NCBI RefSeq assembly: GCF_910578445.1
Contig: NZ_CAJTQC010000012.1
Location: 5,684 to 69,683, forward strand
Reading direction: 5' to 3'
Length of the DNA stretch: 64,000 bases
DNA from: an uncultured Duncaniella sp.
GTDB taxonomy: Bacteria > Bacteroidota > Bacteroidia > Bacteroidales > Muribaculaceae
Positions 1 through 10,522 of the stretch are shown here, one piece after another. How positions within the stretch are numbered: position 1 is the first letter of the stretch; every line of letters begins with the position of its first letter. The translations under genes and the position numbers were made by a program. The notes beneath the pieces are model-generated. The model saw only the letters and a list, made by a program, of their open reading frames with translations. It did not search any database and was not told the DNA's origin.

Positions 1-301
1 AACACTTGTCACCAGACCTTTAATCCACCACCTACCTGCCATATCAATCAAAACGGCAATCTACCTGCATAATTTGACCTGAGTACCATCACTGCCATTT
101 ATGTCATTATCAATACATATGCCACAAATAAGTCAGACTTGTCGAAAGACACAAGTCTGAGCTAAAGTCAAAACAATGAGACAATCGAAGATAAATGCCT
201 TGATTTATTCTTAACAGATTTAAATAATATTCCTACTTTTGTAAATTAATCGTGTCTTTTGACATGGGTAGTGTTAATTTATAATCAATACGACAAAAAT
301 C

Positions 302-616
302 ATGGCTTGTACTTCTGAATTTATAGAGTTTATATGTGATGTCCTTGCACCTTTGGGCGAGGTCCGTCCCCGCAAGATGATGGGTGAATATATCATTTAT
401 GTAAATGAAAAATGTGTGATAACGGCTTGCGACAATATGGCTTTTGTCAAAAAACTGCCGTGCATTGCTGATTTGATGTCAGATGCTGAAACCGGATGCG
501 CATACGCAGGTGCTAAAGAGGGATACATTCTTGATTTCAATGACCGCCATAAAGCCCTGAAGGTAATTGAAACCTTGTGGGAACATCTGCCGTTTCCGAA
601 ATCCAAAAAGAAATGA
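302..616 (+). CDS. TfoX/Sxy N-terminal domain protein
   Basis: 104 aa with 'RKMMGEYIIY...ACDNMAFVK' typical of the TfoX_N family; TACTTTTG promoter-like box at 234-241. Confidence 0.75.
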   Translation: MACTSEFIEFICDVLAPLGEVRPRKMMGEYIIYVNEKCVITACDNMAFVKKLPCIADLMSDAETGCAYAGAKEGYILDFNDRHKALKVIETLWEHLPFPKSKKK

Positions 617-851
617 CCGGTGATTACATCTCAATCGAAAATCCGACTTCCTTCCTCAGCCACTCATCATGTCAAAATTGACAATTGATTTTATTTATTA
701 CTTTTAAAAACAGACAACGGTGCGTAATCCGGGCAGGAATTAGTAATTTTGCACACTGAAATTAAAGCCGGGTCAAGAACAAACCAATCCTCTACGGTGT
801 ATGTTTCAAAGAACCGAATTTTAAATCGGATTTAAGTTTAAAATCTGAATT

Positions 852-1772
852 ATGAAAATGTCTCTTTTGCGCCAGAGGCTCAAACCTTGGATGCTGCCGA
901 TAGCCATGTTGGCCGGAATAGTCTTTCATGACTTCATGGGGAAAATTGAATTCATCGCCCCCTACCTGATTTTCATCATGCTGTTCATCACCTTCTGCCG
1001 TGTCAAGCCGAGTGAATTCCGCGTCACATCCCTCTCGTGGGGACTACTCTCCGTGCAGGTCATAGGCGCGATGGCAGTCTACTTCTCACTCCTGCCGTTC
1101 AGCACCGACCTCGCCCAAGGCACATTCATCTGCGTCTTCTGCCCTACGGCCACAGCCGCCCCGGTCATCACCGGAATGCTCGGAGGAAGCGTCCCCCGGC
1201 TCGCCACATTCTCGATAATATCCAACATCACCGTCGCCATCCTTGCCCCGGTCTGCTTCACCCTCATGGGCACAGAGGCCGATATACCATTCCTTGAGGC
1301 CCTCACCACCATCTCAATCAAGGTGATGCCTCTGATTATCCTCCCGCTCATCCTTGCCCTCATTCTGATGAAAGTCTCACCCAAGGCCCACCGCGCCGTC
1401 GCCGAGCGACAGGCGATCTCGTTCTATATCTGGGCTGTGTCGCTCTTCATCGTCGTCGGACGCGCAGTAAGCTTCGTCATGGACGAACCCTCCGAAGCCG
1501 TCCCCGAAATGATACTCCTCGCCATCCTCTCAGGCATCGTGTGCTGTCTCCAGTTCTGGATCGGACGCAAAATCGGACGGCGATGCGGCGACAAGATAGC
1601 AGGAGCGCAGGGACTCGGACAAAAAAACACCGTGCTCGCAATATGGATGGCCTTAACCTACCTCCATCCCGTCTCATCAGTCGCACCTGCGGCCTATGTG
1701 GCATGGCAGAACACCATCAATTCAGCGCAGCTATATTTCAAGACCCGACGCGAGACACGCCAATCCGACTGA
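852..1772 (+). CDS. Bile acid:sodium symporter (BASS) family membrane transporter
   Basis: ~9 hydrophobic helices; 'CPTATAAPVITGMLGG' and 'GQKNT' motifs; TAATTTTG box at 744-751. Confidence 0.75.
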   Translation: MKMSLLRQRLKPWMLPIAMLAGIVFHDFMGKIEFIAPYLIFIMLFITFCRVKPSEFRVTSLSWGLLSVQVIGAMAVYFSLLPFSTDLAQGTFICVFCPTATAAPVITGMLGGSVPRLATFSIISNITVAILAPVCFTLMGTEADIPFLEALTTISIKVMPLIILPLILALILMKVSPKAHRAVAERQAISFYIWAVSLFIVVGRAVSFVMDEPSEAVPEMILLAILSGIVCCLQFWIGRKIGRRCGDKIAGAQGLGQKNTVLAIWMALTYLHPVSSVAPAAYVAWQNTINSAQLYFKTRRETRQSD

Positions 1773-1926
1773 GCCTCAGACATACATAGTTGCTTAAACA
1801 AATTAAGAGGGTGTTTAATAACAATTGGAGCATTCGTAAAAAAACTAAAAACTTCCCAATTACGTTAGTATAAAATAGACAGCGCATATAGCACCGTCAG
1901 TCAATCATTAATTCTGAAAATGAGTC

Positions 1927-2619
1927 ATGGCAGCCAACAGCATGTATGAAAACCTCATGGGGCTTCCCCTATTCAACGGCGTGAGCTACAACCGCATCTC
2001 AGAGATTGTGGGCAACACACGCCTCGCTTTCTCCAAATATCTTCCCGGAGAGACAATCTTGGAGGCCGGCGACCCGTGCACGCGCATGATGTTTGTAATC
2101 GGCGGATGCGTGCGGCTCTCCGTGCGAAACTCAACCGACCGTTTCGGCGTGACGCAGACCCTCCAAGCCCCGTCGGTCATATCGCCCGACTACCTCTTCG
2201 GACGCAACACCCTATATCCGGCAACTGTCACAGCCATCGACACGGTCTCGATAATGCAGATAGAGAAAAACGATTTCATCAACATCATTCGCACTGACGA
2301 AGTCTGCCTGTTCAACTACCTCAACTACATCTCGACAAACGCCCAGAAAGCCATCGACGGAGTCCTCTCGCTCACATCCGGTTCGCTCGAAGAACGAATA
2401 GCCTTCTGGATCATAGCCCTCACGCAGCGCGATGCCCATGACATTGTTCTCACATGCAAGCAACGCGACCTCTATACCCTTTTCGGCGTACAGCGATCGT
2501 CGTTCATCAGCACACTCGACAGCATGAAAATGCGCGGGCTCATCGACTATACATCAACTGAAATCCGTGTAATCTCACGCAACGACCTGCGCTCAATCCT
2601 CCTCAAAACCCCTGATTAG
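1927..2619 (+). CDS. Crp/Fnr family transcriptional regulator
   Basis: N-terminal cNMP-binding-like region (LPLF...GETILEAGDPC) and C-terminal HTH-like 'KQRDLYTLFGVQRSS'. Confidence 0.8.
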   Translation: MAANSMYENLMGLPLFNGVSYNRISEIVGNTRLAFSKYLPGETILEAGDPCTRMMFVIGGCVRLSVRNSTDRFGVTQTLQAPSVISPDYLFGRNTLYPATVTAIDTVSIMQIEKNDFINIIRTDEVCLFNYLNYISTNAQKAIDGVLSLTSGSLEERIAFWIIALTQRDAHDIVLTCKQRDLYTLFGVQRSSFISTLDSMKMRGLIDYTSTEIRVISRNDLRSILLKTPD

Positions 2620-2677
2620 GCAGTGGCAGACCATACGACTGAATATCCGCGCCGGCTATACATCTCACACGATACAA

Positions 2678-2718
2678 CAATCCCGGAGTTGTCATTCTTC
2701 AACGACACTCCGGGATTG
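2678..2718. terminator. Intrinsic terminator-like hairpin between convergent genes
   Basis: 12-bp perfect inverted repeat CAATCCCGGAGT/ACTCCGGGATTG. Confidence 0.7.
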
Positions 2719-2741
2719 CCTCTTATAAATCCAAATTACCT

Positions 2742-3305
2742 TTACTTCCTATAACCGCATTTGACGCATACGCCTTCTTCATTAAGGGCGATACCGCAAA
2801 GCGGGCAACGTTCAATCACCTTTCGGTCGGTATACTCTTCCGAAGCAGCATTTTCACCGCTTGTAAATGTAATCTTCGCTATATTGAGCTTGTCTTTAAG
2901 CAAGTCATAGACAATTTTTATCATTCCTTCCACAGTCATTGTCTCCTTGGTGACGACAAGACGGGCATCCGGATACGCTTTTGCAAGCTCCGTATTGAAA
3001 GCCTCGCCTTTAAGTGTATTCTGTGGGTGGCCGTGAAGGATTCCCTGTTGCTCATAGACTCCTATGATCGCAGGCAGCAACGGATCATCTTCACGAAGCA
3101 CAAGTGCATGGTCAAAATTTTTCAGCACATCCCACGCTGTCTTTTTTATTTCATTACACGGGAACACCATGTTGACACCCTTGTTAATCGAGTCTTCGAC
3201 CTCGATTGTAAGCGTACCGGTATGACCGTGGAGATACTGGGCCTCGCCTTTGAAGCCATAAAAACGATGGGTGTACTGCAAATCAAATGTGGTTATACTT
3301 CTCAT
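2742..3305 (-). CDS. QueD/PTPS-superfamily protein with C-terminal zinc ribbon
   Basis: 'HRF...LHGH', 'FDHA' and 'TVE' T-fold motifs; C-terminal CPLC...CVKC. Confidence 0.7.
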   Translation of the reverse strand: MRSITTFDLQYTHRFYGFKGEAQYLHGHTGTLTIEVEDSINKGVNMVFPCNEIKKTAWDVLKNFDHALVLREDDPLLPAIIGVYEQQGILHGHPQNTLKGEAFNTELAKAYPDARLVVTKETMTVEGMIKIVYDLLKDKLNIAKITFTSGENAASEEYTDRKVIERCPLCGIALNEEGVCVKCGYRK

Positions 3306-3443
3306 AGTCAGATAATGGTTTTGTAATTAGACTTGGGGTAACATAACATTTACGTTGGTGTTTTAAATCACACTCTGTCACAGATAAACAAACATGATGT
3401 CAAATCGGTTTACACACGACATAAAAACATCCGAAAATAAACA

Positions 3444-3470
3444 AGGGACTGCCTCGATGAAGCAGCCCCT
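3444..3470 (-). terminator. Probable terminator of the P-type ATPase gene
   Basis: Imperfect GC-rich hairpin AGGGACTGC...GCAGCCCCT just past the stop codon. Confidence 0.45.
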
Positions 3471-3494
3471 GCGATATGATATAAATTACTGAAA

Positions 3495-6191
3495 TTAACG
3501 TCCGATGCGTGAAACAATACGCATAAGCTCGCCAATCCAGAGCACCAGCGATGTCCCGAGGATTATAATCGCCCAGTCCTCAATCTTGAGCGGGACAACG
3601 TTGAAAAACTCTCCGCCGATGGTGACAATCACAACCTGTCCGATAAATATGACCAAAGCTATCAGCAGGAACTCACCACAAGCCTTCAGATGGAAAGCGC
3701 TCTTGTGGGTGGCATAAGCACGTGCGCTGAACAGATTCCAGAACTGGAGCATCACAAAGGTGGTGAATACTATGGACAGCTCATAAGGACTCAGCCCCTG
3801 AGGCGCACCGATGCTGACATGGAGCAGGTCGGCAAGAGAATTGACCTCCGCATGCTCAAACACATAGACCATTCCAAGCACAATAGCAGCAAAGAGGAGG
3901 CCCACACCGCCAATGAAGCGCCACATTGAACCGGTGATGATAAAACTCCGGCGGTCACGCGGTCCGGCATCCATCACCGAACGCGACGGCGGCAGCGACG
4001 ACAGAGCCATCGACGCAAAAGTATCCATTATCAGGTTGACCCAGAGCATCTGGGTCACTGTCAGCGGAGATTCAGTGCCCATAAAAGCACCGACAAGCAC
4101 CACCAGACAGGCAACGACATTGACCGTCAGCTGGAAAAGGATAAAACGCTGGAGGTTCTGGAAAAGAGAGCGTCCCCACATGACGGCACGGCCTATCGAA
4201 GCAAACGAATTGTCGACAATGGTGATGTCGCTGGCCTCCTTTGCAACCGACGTTCCGTCGCCCATCGAAAGGCCGACGTTGGCTGCCTTCAGCGCAGGCG
4301 CATCATTAGTGCCGTCACCGGTCACGGCCACGACCTGTCCCTGCTTCTGCAACGACTCTACGAGCCGCTTCTTGTCCATCGGGCGCGCCCTTGCAATGAT
4401 TTTCAGGTCTCCCACTCGGTCTGCAAGCTCACTGTCGGTAAGTGCTCCGAATTCAGGACCTGTGATTATGTTGCGCTCACCGTCGCCCTCCTGCCACAAG
4501 CCAATCTGACGGCCTATTTCGCGTGCGGTAGCCGGAGTGTCGCCGGTAACAATCTTTATGCCTATTCCTGCATTGATACATTCGCGTATCGAACCGGGGA
4601 CTTCGGCTCTCACCGGATCGGCGATGGCCACGACACCGATAAATTCCAGTCCGTCGGCATCGACACCATCCTCACCTATTCCGTCGACCCCGGCAGGGAG
4701 CATACAGGTCGCAAACGCAAGCGTGCGCATCGCCTTCTCCTGATAACCGAGAAGCTGCTCGTTGATTTTGGCACGCTCAACCCCTCCGCTGACACTGTCA
4801 GACATTGCAAGCACGATTTCGGGCGCACCCTTTACAAACAGGCGCTCGCCTCCGTCGGGTGTAGCAATCACCGTGGCCATATACTTGCGTTCGGTCGTGA
4901 AAGGAAGTTCACGCACCACCTTTGCCTCCTCGCGCAACGGACGGTAATCCACTCCGTTCTGTCGCAACCAGAGCAGCAAAGCGCCTTCGGTCGGATTGCC
5001 AAGCACCGAGGGATGCTCCGCATCACTCAAATCGAGCTGCGCGGTCGAGTTGACAGCGATGGCAGTCTCGATCAGACGGCTCATAGCATCGTCGCCGAGT
5101 TTCTGACCGGGAAGACTGTAGAAATCAGTCTCGGCCACACGCATCTGATTTTGCGTCAGCGTGCCGGTCTTGTCTGTACAGATTACGGTTGTCGCGCCCA
5201 TTGTCTCGCAGGCATGCATCTTGCGGACAAGATTGTTGGTGCGCAGCATGCGCCTCATGCTGTAGGCAAGGCTAAGAGTCACAGCCATCGGCAATCCTTC
5301 GGGGACTGACACGACGACAAGTGTGACAGCAATCATGATGCTTTGGAGGAAATATGCGATAAACGACAGCCATTCGAAATCAGGGTTCGAGAGCATATAC
5401 ATGACGATTCGTCCGAGAATCACCGCACCGCCGATGACATAGCTACCCTTTGTGACAAGAGCGCCAAGACGTTCGAGCTGTTCGGTCAGCGGAGTCTTTG
5501 TCCCGTCGTCGATATGAGCGGCCTCATAGACCTTTCCGTTCTCCGTCGAATCGCCAACGGCAAAGACCTCGGCCACACCATGCCCCTCCATCACGCGTGT
5601 GCCACGCATCACATGATTCGAGGGGAAAGTCGCCTCCGGGTCAAAATGGTCGGGATCGGTGGTTTTCGCAGCCATCGGTTCGCCGGTCAGAGTCGACTCA
5701 TCGACGTTGAGCTGCGTGGATTCGAGCAGGACAGCATCGGCCGGAATCTCCTGACCGGTGTTGAGGATAAGTATATCGCCGACAACCACATCCTTTTTGG
5801 ATATTTCTGTCGGATTGCCGTCGCGGACCACCTGCACAAGCTCATCGTCGTTGACCTGATTGAGAATCTTGAACTCGTCCTCAGCCTTCTTCTCGAAATA
5901 AAACGACAGCCCTGTGGCAAGAAATATTGCCATGAATATACCGACAGGTTCAAAAAAGACTGTACCGGCCTGATTGAGCGCGAAATATTCATAACACGAA
6001 ATAAGAACCGACAACACACCGGCCATAAGAAGCACAATGATAAGCGGATCTTTGAATTTGTCTAAAAACAGCCGCCACAGCGACTCTTCCTTAGGAGGCG
6101 TGAGCACATTCGCACCATGAAGACGACGGCTCTCCTCGACTTGCTGCCGTGTCAGTCCACGGCGTTGGTCAGCATTAGGATTCATAGTCAA
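3495..6191 (-). CDS. Calcium-translocating P-type ATPase (PMCA/type II)
   Basis: DKTGTLT phosphorylation site, TGE, PEGL, KGAPE, TGDGTNDAPAL, 'LWVNLIMDT'. Confidence 0.93.
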   Translation of the reverse strand: MTMNPNADQRRGLTRQQVEESRRLHGANVLTPPKEESLWRLFLDKFKDPLIIVLLMAGVLSVLISCYEYFALNQAGTVFFEPVGIFMAIFLATGLSFYFEKKAEDEFKILNQVNDDELVQVVRDGNPTEISKKDVVVGDILILNTGQEIPADAVLLESTQLNVDESTLTGEPMAAKTTDPDHFDPEATFPSNHVMRGTRVMEGHGVAEVFAVGDSTENGKVYEAAHIDDGTKTPLTEQLERLGALVTKGSYVIGGAVILGRIVMYMLSNPDFEWLSFIAYFLQSIMIAVTLVVVSVPEGLPMAVTLSLAYSMRRMLRTNNLVRKMHACETMGATTVICTDKTGTLTQNQMRVAETDFYSLPGQKLGDDAMSRLIETAIAVNSTAQLDLSDAEHPSVLGNPTEGALLLWLRQNGVDYRPLREEAKVVRELPFTTERKYMATVIATPDGGERLFVKGAPEIVLAMSDSVSGGVERAKINEQLLGYQEKAMRTLAFATCMLPAGVDGIGEDGVDADGLEFIGVVAIADPVRAEVPGSIRECINAGIGIKIVTGDTPATAREIGRQIGLWQEGDGERNIITGPEFGALTDSELADRVGDLKIIARARPMDKKRLVESLQKQGQVVAVTGDGTNDAPALKAANVGLSMGDGTSVAKEASDITIVDNSFASIGRAVMWGRSLFQNLQRFILFQLTVNVVACLVVLVGAFMGTESPLTVTQMLWVNLIMDTFASMALSSLPPSRSVMDAGPRDRRSFIITGSMWRFIGGVGLLFAAIVLGMVYVFEHAEVNSLADLLHVSIGAPQGLSPYELSIVFTTFVMLQFWNLFSARAYATHKSAFHLKACGEFLLIALVIFIGQVVIVTIGGEFFNVVPLKIEDWAIIILGTSLVLWIGELMRIVSRIGR

Positions 6192-6364
6192 AAAGTGATT
6201 TTTTAAGAAGCCACAAAAGTATTATATTAATGAGTCATACGCAAATCAAGGCCATTAATATTTTATTAAATTCCACTCTGCGACAGAGGCATCAAGCCAA
6301 CAATACTTTTCAGTTTAACGGTTATCACCTTCAATATGTTCACAGCCAGCCAAATCGCCTTGTG

Positions 6365-6880
6365 TCACGACTTTTTGTTCTCACGCCTGCGCAACTTCTC
6401 AAACATACGTCGCTGACGGCGGTTCATCCTGAAGGCCACATCCTCATCGCCTGTCACCTCCCGTAGAGCCGTTGTCATTATCTTCTCGATATCCTCTTTC
6501 CGAACCTCCACATTCTCATGCTCTGACTCTCCCTCGGCATCCTCACTCCTTCCACCTGCTGATTTTTCCTTTCGTTTCCTTGCTCGTTCACGCGCCTTGA
6601 AAGAGCGCTCTATCGCACGGTCTATTTCAGGCTTCAACATAGCGAATATCAGTCTCACGGTCAACGAATTCAGCGAAGGCTCTATCCCCATGCCAAGATA
6701 GATGTCGACAGCTCCGACAGCCTCGGCATGCTCTTCAGCAGACGCTCCGACCGCGTTTATAGCATCCGCAATACGGACTTGGATGCCTGAGTAAAACTTT
6801 TTTGACACTCTCATGACAGCTTCCAGACGGGTGGAAGCTGTTTCTTTATGCCGGTTTACGGTATTTCCTGTCTTCTTCAT
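6365..6880 (-). CDS. Hypothetical charged protein, DUF6291-like N-terminal region
   Basis: 171-aa ORF filling the gap; 'YLGMGIEP...LIFAMLKPEIDRAIERS' segment; basic NRRQRR tail. Confidence 0.55.
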   Translation of the reverse strand: MKKTGNTVNRHKETASTRLEAVMRVSKKFYSGIQVRIADAINAVGASAEEHAEAVGAVDIYLGMGIEPSLNSLTVRLIFAMLKPEIDRAIERSFKARERARKRKEKSAGGRSEDAEGESEHENVEVRKEDIEKIMTTALREVTGDEDVAFRMNRRQRRMFEKLRRRENKKS

Positions 6881-7051
6881 ATTTTTCTGAAATGATTTAA
6901 ATTTGTTTTCACAAATTTATGTCCGCCACACCCCAAAAAAGGTGCGATAATACAAAACCTCGCCCCCTGAAACCTGCTTTTATTTTGCCCTATGGCTTAT
7001 TATCCCTAACTTTGTCGGCCGAATTCGCAAAAACATTTCTGATACCGCCCA

Positions 7052-8533
7052 ATGGAACAATTGTCACCCATAATGCTTGCCGGGACAGGCAGTGATGTCG
7101 GCAAAAGTCTGATAGCAACCGGACTCTGCCGTATTTTCAGGCAGGATGGCTATAATCCTGCGCCCTTCAAGGCTCAGAATATGGCTCTCAACTCCTATGC
7201 CACACCCGACGGGCTTGAAATCGGACGCGCCCAAGCCGTTCAGGCCGAGGCTGCAGGGATAGCATGCAGCACCGATATGAATCCGATTCTGCTTAAGCCA
7301 TCAGGCGAGCACACTTCACAGATTGTCATAAACGGACGTCCCGCAGGCAACCGCGACTCATATTCCTATTTCCGCAAGGAGGGACGCGAAGAGCTGCGCA
7401 AGGTTGTCCACGAAGCGTTCGACCGTCTGTCGCACCGTTTCAACCCGATAGTGATGGAAGGTGCGGGAAGCATTTCGGAAATAAATCTCAGAGACAGCGA
7501 TCTGGTCAACATGTCAATGGCCGGACATGCCGACGCCGGCGTGATACTCGTGGCCGACATCGACCGCGGAGGCGTGTTTGCAAGCGCCTATGGCTCGATC
7601 ATGCTACAGCCCGAAGAGGACCGGCGACGCATCAAGGGCATAATCATCAACAAATTCCGTGGCGACCTGAGATTGTTTGAAAGCGGAAAGCGGATGATGG
7701 AGGAAATATGCGGAGTCCCTGTCCTCGGTGTCGTCCCCTATGCCGGTGACATACATATTGAAGAGGAGGACTCGGTGGCTCTGGGTCTGAAGGCCACAAA
7801 AAGCGCCCCCGACAAGGTAAATGTCGCAGTCGTATTGCTCAGACACATTTCGAATTTCACGGATTTCAATGTTCTCGAACGCAATCCCGACGTGAATCTC
7901 TTCTATACAAACAATCCCGCCGACCTATCGTCGGCCGACATCATCATCCTGCCCGGAAGCAAATCGACTCTCTCAGACCTCTATGAACTGCGTCGCAGCG
8001 GGCTTGCCCAAGCAATCGTCAGAGCAAGAGACAACGGCAAGACAGTCATCGGAATCTGCGGAGGCTATCAGATGATGGGCATCGAGGTCTGTGACCCGGA
8101 CGGAGTCGAAGGCAAGCTCAACAGCCTTCCCGGACTCGGTTTGCTGCCGGTGAAAACCGTGCTTACCGGGACGAAGGTGACACGTCAGGTCAGTTTCCGT
8201 TTCCTCGGAGACGAAAATCTCTGCAACGGCTACGAAATCCACATGGGACGGACCGAGGCCGACAAGACAGCCACACCCCTGAACACTATCTGCGATGACG
8301 GGACTGCCGACGGCTGCTTTGCCGACAACCGTTGTTTCGGCAGCTACATCCACGGTCTGCTCGACAATGCGACTGTGGTCAGCTATCTGATTTCGCCATA
8401 TCTGAAAGAGGAACGAAGCGAAAATTTCGACTACGCAGCCTTCAAAGAAAAACAATATGACCTGCTTGCCGAACATCTGCGGAGACATATTGATATCGAC
8501 ACACTCTATAAAATCATGATGCGCCATGATTGA
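7052..8533 (+). CDS. cobQ: Cobyric acid synthase
   Basis: GTGSDVGKS, PFKAQNM, EGAGS, DIDRGG, GICGGYQM glutaminase motif, GSYIHG; TAACTTTG at 7007-7014. Confidence 0.95.
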   Translation: MEQLSPIMLAGTGSDVGKSLIATGLCRIFRQDGYNPAPFKAQNMALNSYATPDGLEIGRAQAVQAEAAGIACSTDMNPILLKPSGEHTSQIVINGRPAGNRDSYSYFRKEGREELRKVVHEAFDRLSHRFNPIVMEGAGSISEINLRDSDLVNMSMAGHADAGVILVADIDRGGVFASAYGSIMLQPEEDRRRIKGIIINKFRGDLRLFESGKRMMEEICGVPVLGVVPYAGDIHIEEEDSVALGLKATKSAPDKVNVAVVLLRHISNFTDFNVLERNPDVNLFYTNNPADLSSADIIILPGSKSTLSDLYELRRSGLAQAIVRARDNGKTVIGICGGYQMMGIEVCDPDGVEGKLNSLPGLGLLPVKTVLTGTKVTRQVSFRFLGDENLCNGYEIHMGRTEADKTATPLNTICDDGTADGCFADNRCFGSYIHGLLDNATVVSYLISPYLKEERSENFDYAAFKEKQYDLLAEHLRRHIDIDTLYKIMMRHD

Positions 8534-9542
8534 CGGACACGGAGACGACTCATTTCGTTATGGCACACGCATACGCCATAATTTCAGCACAAACATCTGC
8601 TCGGATGTCGACCATTCGGCCCTGATTGACTTTCTGGCGAAAAAAGCTGCCTGCATCAAATCATATCCCGAACCACGACCTGAATCAATCGAAGCACGTA
8701 TAGCCGGAAAGCTCGGGATTGATAAAGACAATGTCATGGTGACTAATGGAGCGACCGAGGCCATCTATCTCACAGCCCATCTGTTTCAAGGCGGAAAGTC
8801 GGCCATCGTCAGCCCGACATTCCGCGAATATCAGGATGCGTGCGCGATTTATGGACATTCGGTCACATTTATCAGCTCGCTCGCCGAAATTCCTGCCGAC
8901 ACCACCTGCGTGTGGCTATGCAATCCCAACAACCCTACGGGTGTGACTATTGACAGAGAGTCGCTACTTGACACGGTGGCCGCAAATCCGGCAACCGTTT
9001 TTATCGTTGACCAAGCCTACAGCGACTACACCTTGCAGCCTCTTCTGACTTCGGCCGAAGCTGCCGGAATCAATAATCTCGTGCTTCTAAGCTCGCTCAC
9101 CAAGCGATTTGCAGTGCCGGGCCTCAGGATAGGCTATGCAGTCGGCTGCAAAAATCTGATGTCGGAAATCGGGAAAATGCGGATGCCTTGGTCGGTCAAC
9201 CAGCTTGCGATAGAAGCAGCCGGATTTCTACTCGACCACAGTGACGACTATGTGATTGATGCCCGCAGCCTCCACTCAGAGGCACACAGAATCAGAAAAG
9301 CCTTGGAAGAACTGGAAATCACATCGACCGACACTGACTGTAATTTCTTCCTTGCAAAACTTCCTCACGGAAAAACGGCCTCGCAGCTGAAAGATTTTCT
9401 TATCGACAGCTATGGAATCCTCATCCGCGATGCCTCTAATTTCGAAGGCCTCGACGAAAGCTATTTCCGCATCGCCTCACAACGCCCCGAAGAAAACGAT
9501 TTACTTATAACAGCTTTAAGAGAATGGATGTCGCAATCATAA
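8526..9542 (+). CDS. cobD: L-threonine-O-3-phosphate decarboxylase
   Basis: PLP class I/II motifs HGD, FSTN, NGATE, CNPNNPTG, SLTK..PGLRIG; start overlaps cobQ stop. Confidence 0.88.
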   Translation: MIDGHGDDSFRYGTRIRHNFSTNICSDVDHSALIDFLAKKAACIKSYPEPRPESIEARIAGKLGIDKDNVMVTNGATEAIYLTAHLFQGGKSAIVSPTFREYQDACAIYGHSVTFISSLAEIPADTTCVWLCNPNNPTGVTIDRESLLDTVAANPATVFIVDQAYSDYTLQPLLTSAEAAGINNLVLLSSLTKRFAVPGLRIGYAVGCKNLMSEIGKMRMPWSVNQLAIEAAGFLLDHSDDYVIDARSLHSEAHRIRKALEELEITSTDTDCNFFLAKLPHGKTASQLKDFLIDSYGILIRDASNFEGLDESYFRIASQRPEENDLLITALREWMSQS

Positions 9543-10456
9543 CCCTGCTTCCCCTGCTCCTCGCATGGTGTCTCGATCTGATTTTCGGAGATCCCGCACG
9601 TCTGCCACACCTGATAGTCGGATTCGGAAAATCAATCTCGTTTTTTGAACACCGTCTCAACAAAGGTCGGCACAGGACGGCTAAAGGTGCATGCGTGGCC
9701 ATCGTACTGATCCTGTCCGTATATCTTGCGACACGAGGACTTCTCCATCTCCTCTCGCCATGTATATGGCTAAAAACAGCCGTCGAAACCATGATGATAT
9801 TCTACTGCCTTGCAGGGACGACACTCATACGCGAAGTGAAGATGGTCTTCAAGGCTCTTGACCGTTCGCTCGATGCCGGACGCAGACAGGTGGCGCGTAT
9901 TGTCGGCCGCGACACTGGACAGCTTTCCGCTACTGAAATCAGGACGGCCGCACTCGAAACCCTGTCCGAGAACCTGAGCGACGGTGTGATTGCTCCATTG
10001 TTCTGGTATGCCCTGCTCGGTGTGCCCGGAATGGTGGCATATAAGATGGTCAATACGCTCGACTCTATGATCGGCTACCGCAACGCGCGCTATAAGGATT
10101 TCGGATGTGTGGCTGCACGAATCGACGACGTGGCCAACTTTATTCCCGCACGCCTGACAGCACTGCTGATGGTAATCGCGGCCGGACAGCCGAGTCTGTT
10201 CGGTTTCGTCAGACGCTTCGGAAGCCGGCATGCAAGCCCCAACAGCGGTTATCCGGAAGCAGCCCTCGCCGGAATACTCGACTGCCGCTTCGGAGGCCCT
10301 CACGACTATTTCGGCGAGACGGTCGACAAGCCGTTCATCGGAGAAAACGAACGGGAACTAACCTCAGCCGACATGCACACAGCACTGCGCGTCAACCGCG
10401 TGGCCGAAACGATGGCCGTGATTCTTGCAGGCGGCACACGGCTGCTATTGCTTTAG
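9524..10456 (+). CDS. cbiB: Adenosylcobinamide-phosphate synthase
   Basis: GDP..PH, IVGRDT, ETLSENLSDGVIAPLF, NTLDSMIGY, SPNSGYPEAA. Confidence 0.93.
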   Translation: MDVAIITLLPLLLAWCLDLIFGDPARLPHLIVGFGKSISFFEHRLNKGRHRTAKGACVAIVLILSVYLATRGLLHLLSPCIWLKTAVETMMIFYCLAGTTLIREVKMVFKALDRSLDAGRRQVARIVGRDTGQLSATEIRTAALETLSENLSDGVIAPLFWYALLGVPGMVAYKMVNTLDSMIGYRNARYKDFGCVAARIDDVANFIPARLTALLMVIAAGQPSLFGFVRRFGSRHASPNSGYPEAALAGILDCRFGGPHDYFGETVDKPFIGENERELTSADMHTALRVNRVAETMAVILAGGTRLLLL

Positions 10457-10522
10457 TCAGTCACACGACCAATTTGCTTTACCTTGATAATATATAATGG
10501 TAATATCGGCGCGGAGGGATGT

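Noticed and set aside
3306..3440. preQ1 riboswitch upstream of the QueD-like gene
   Set aside because: No recognisable stem with A-rich tail consensus
6881..7051. Cobalamin riboswitch upstream of cobQ
   Set aside because: No B12-box-like sequence and the promoter box lies ~40 bp from the start codon
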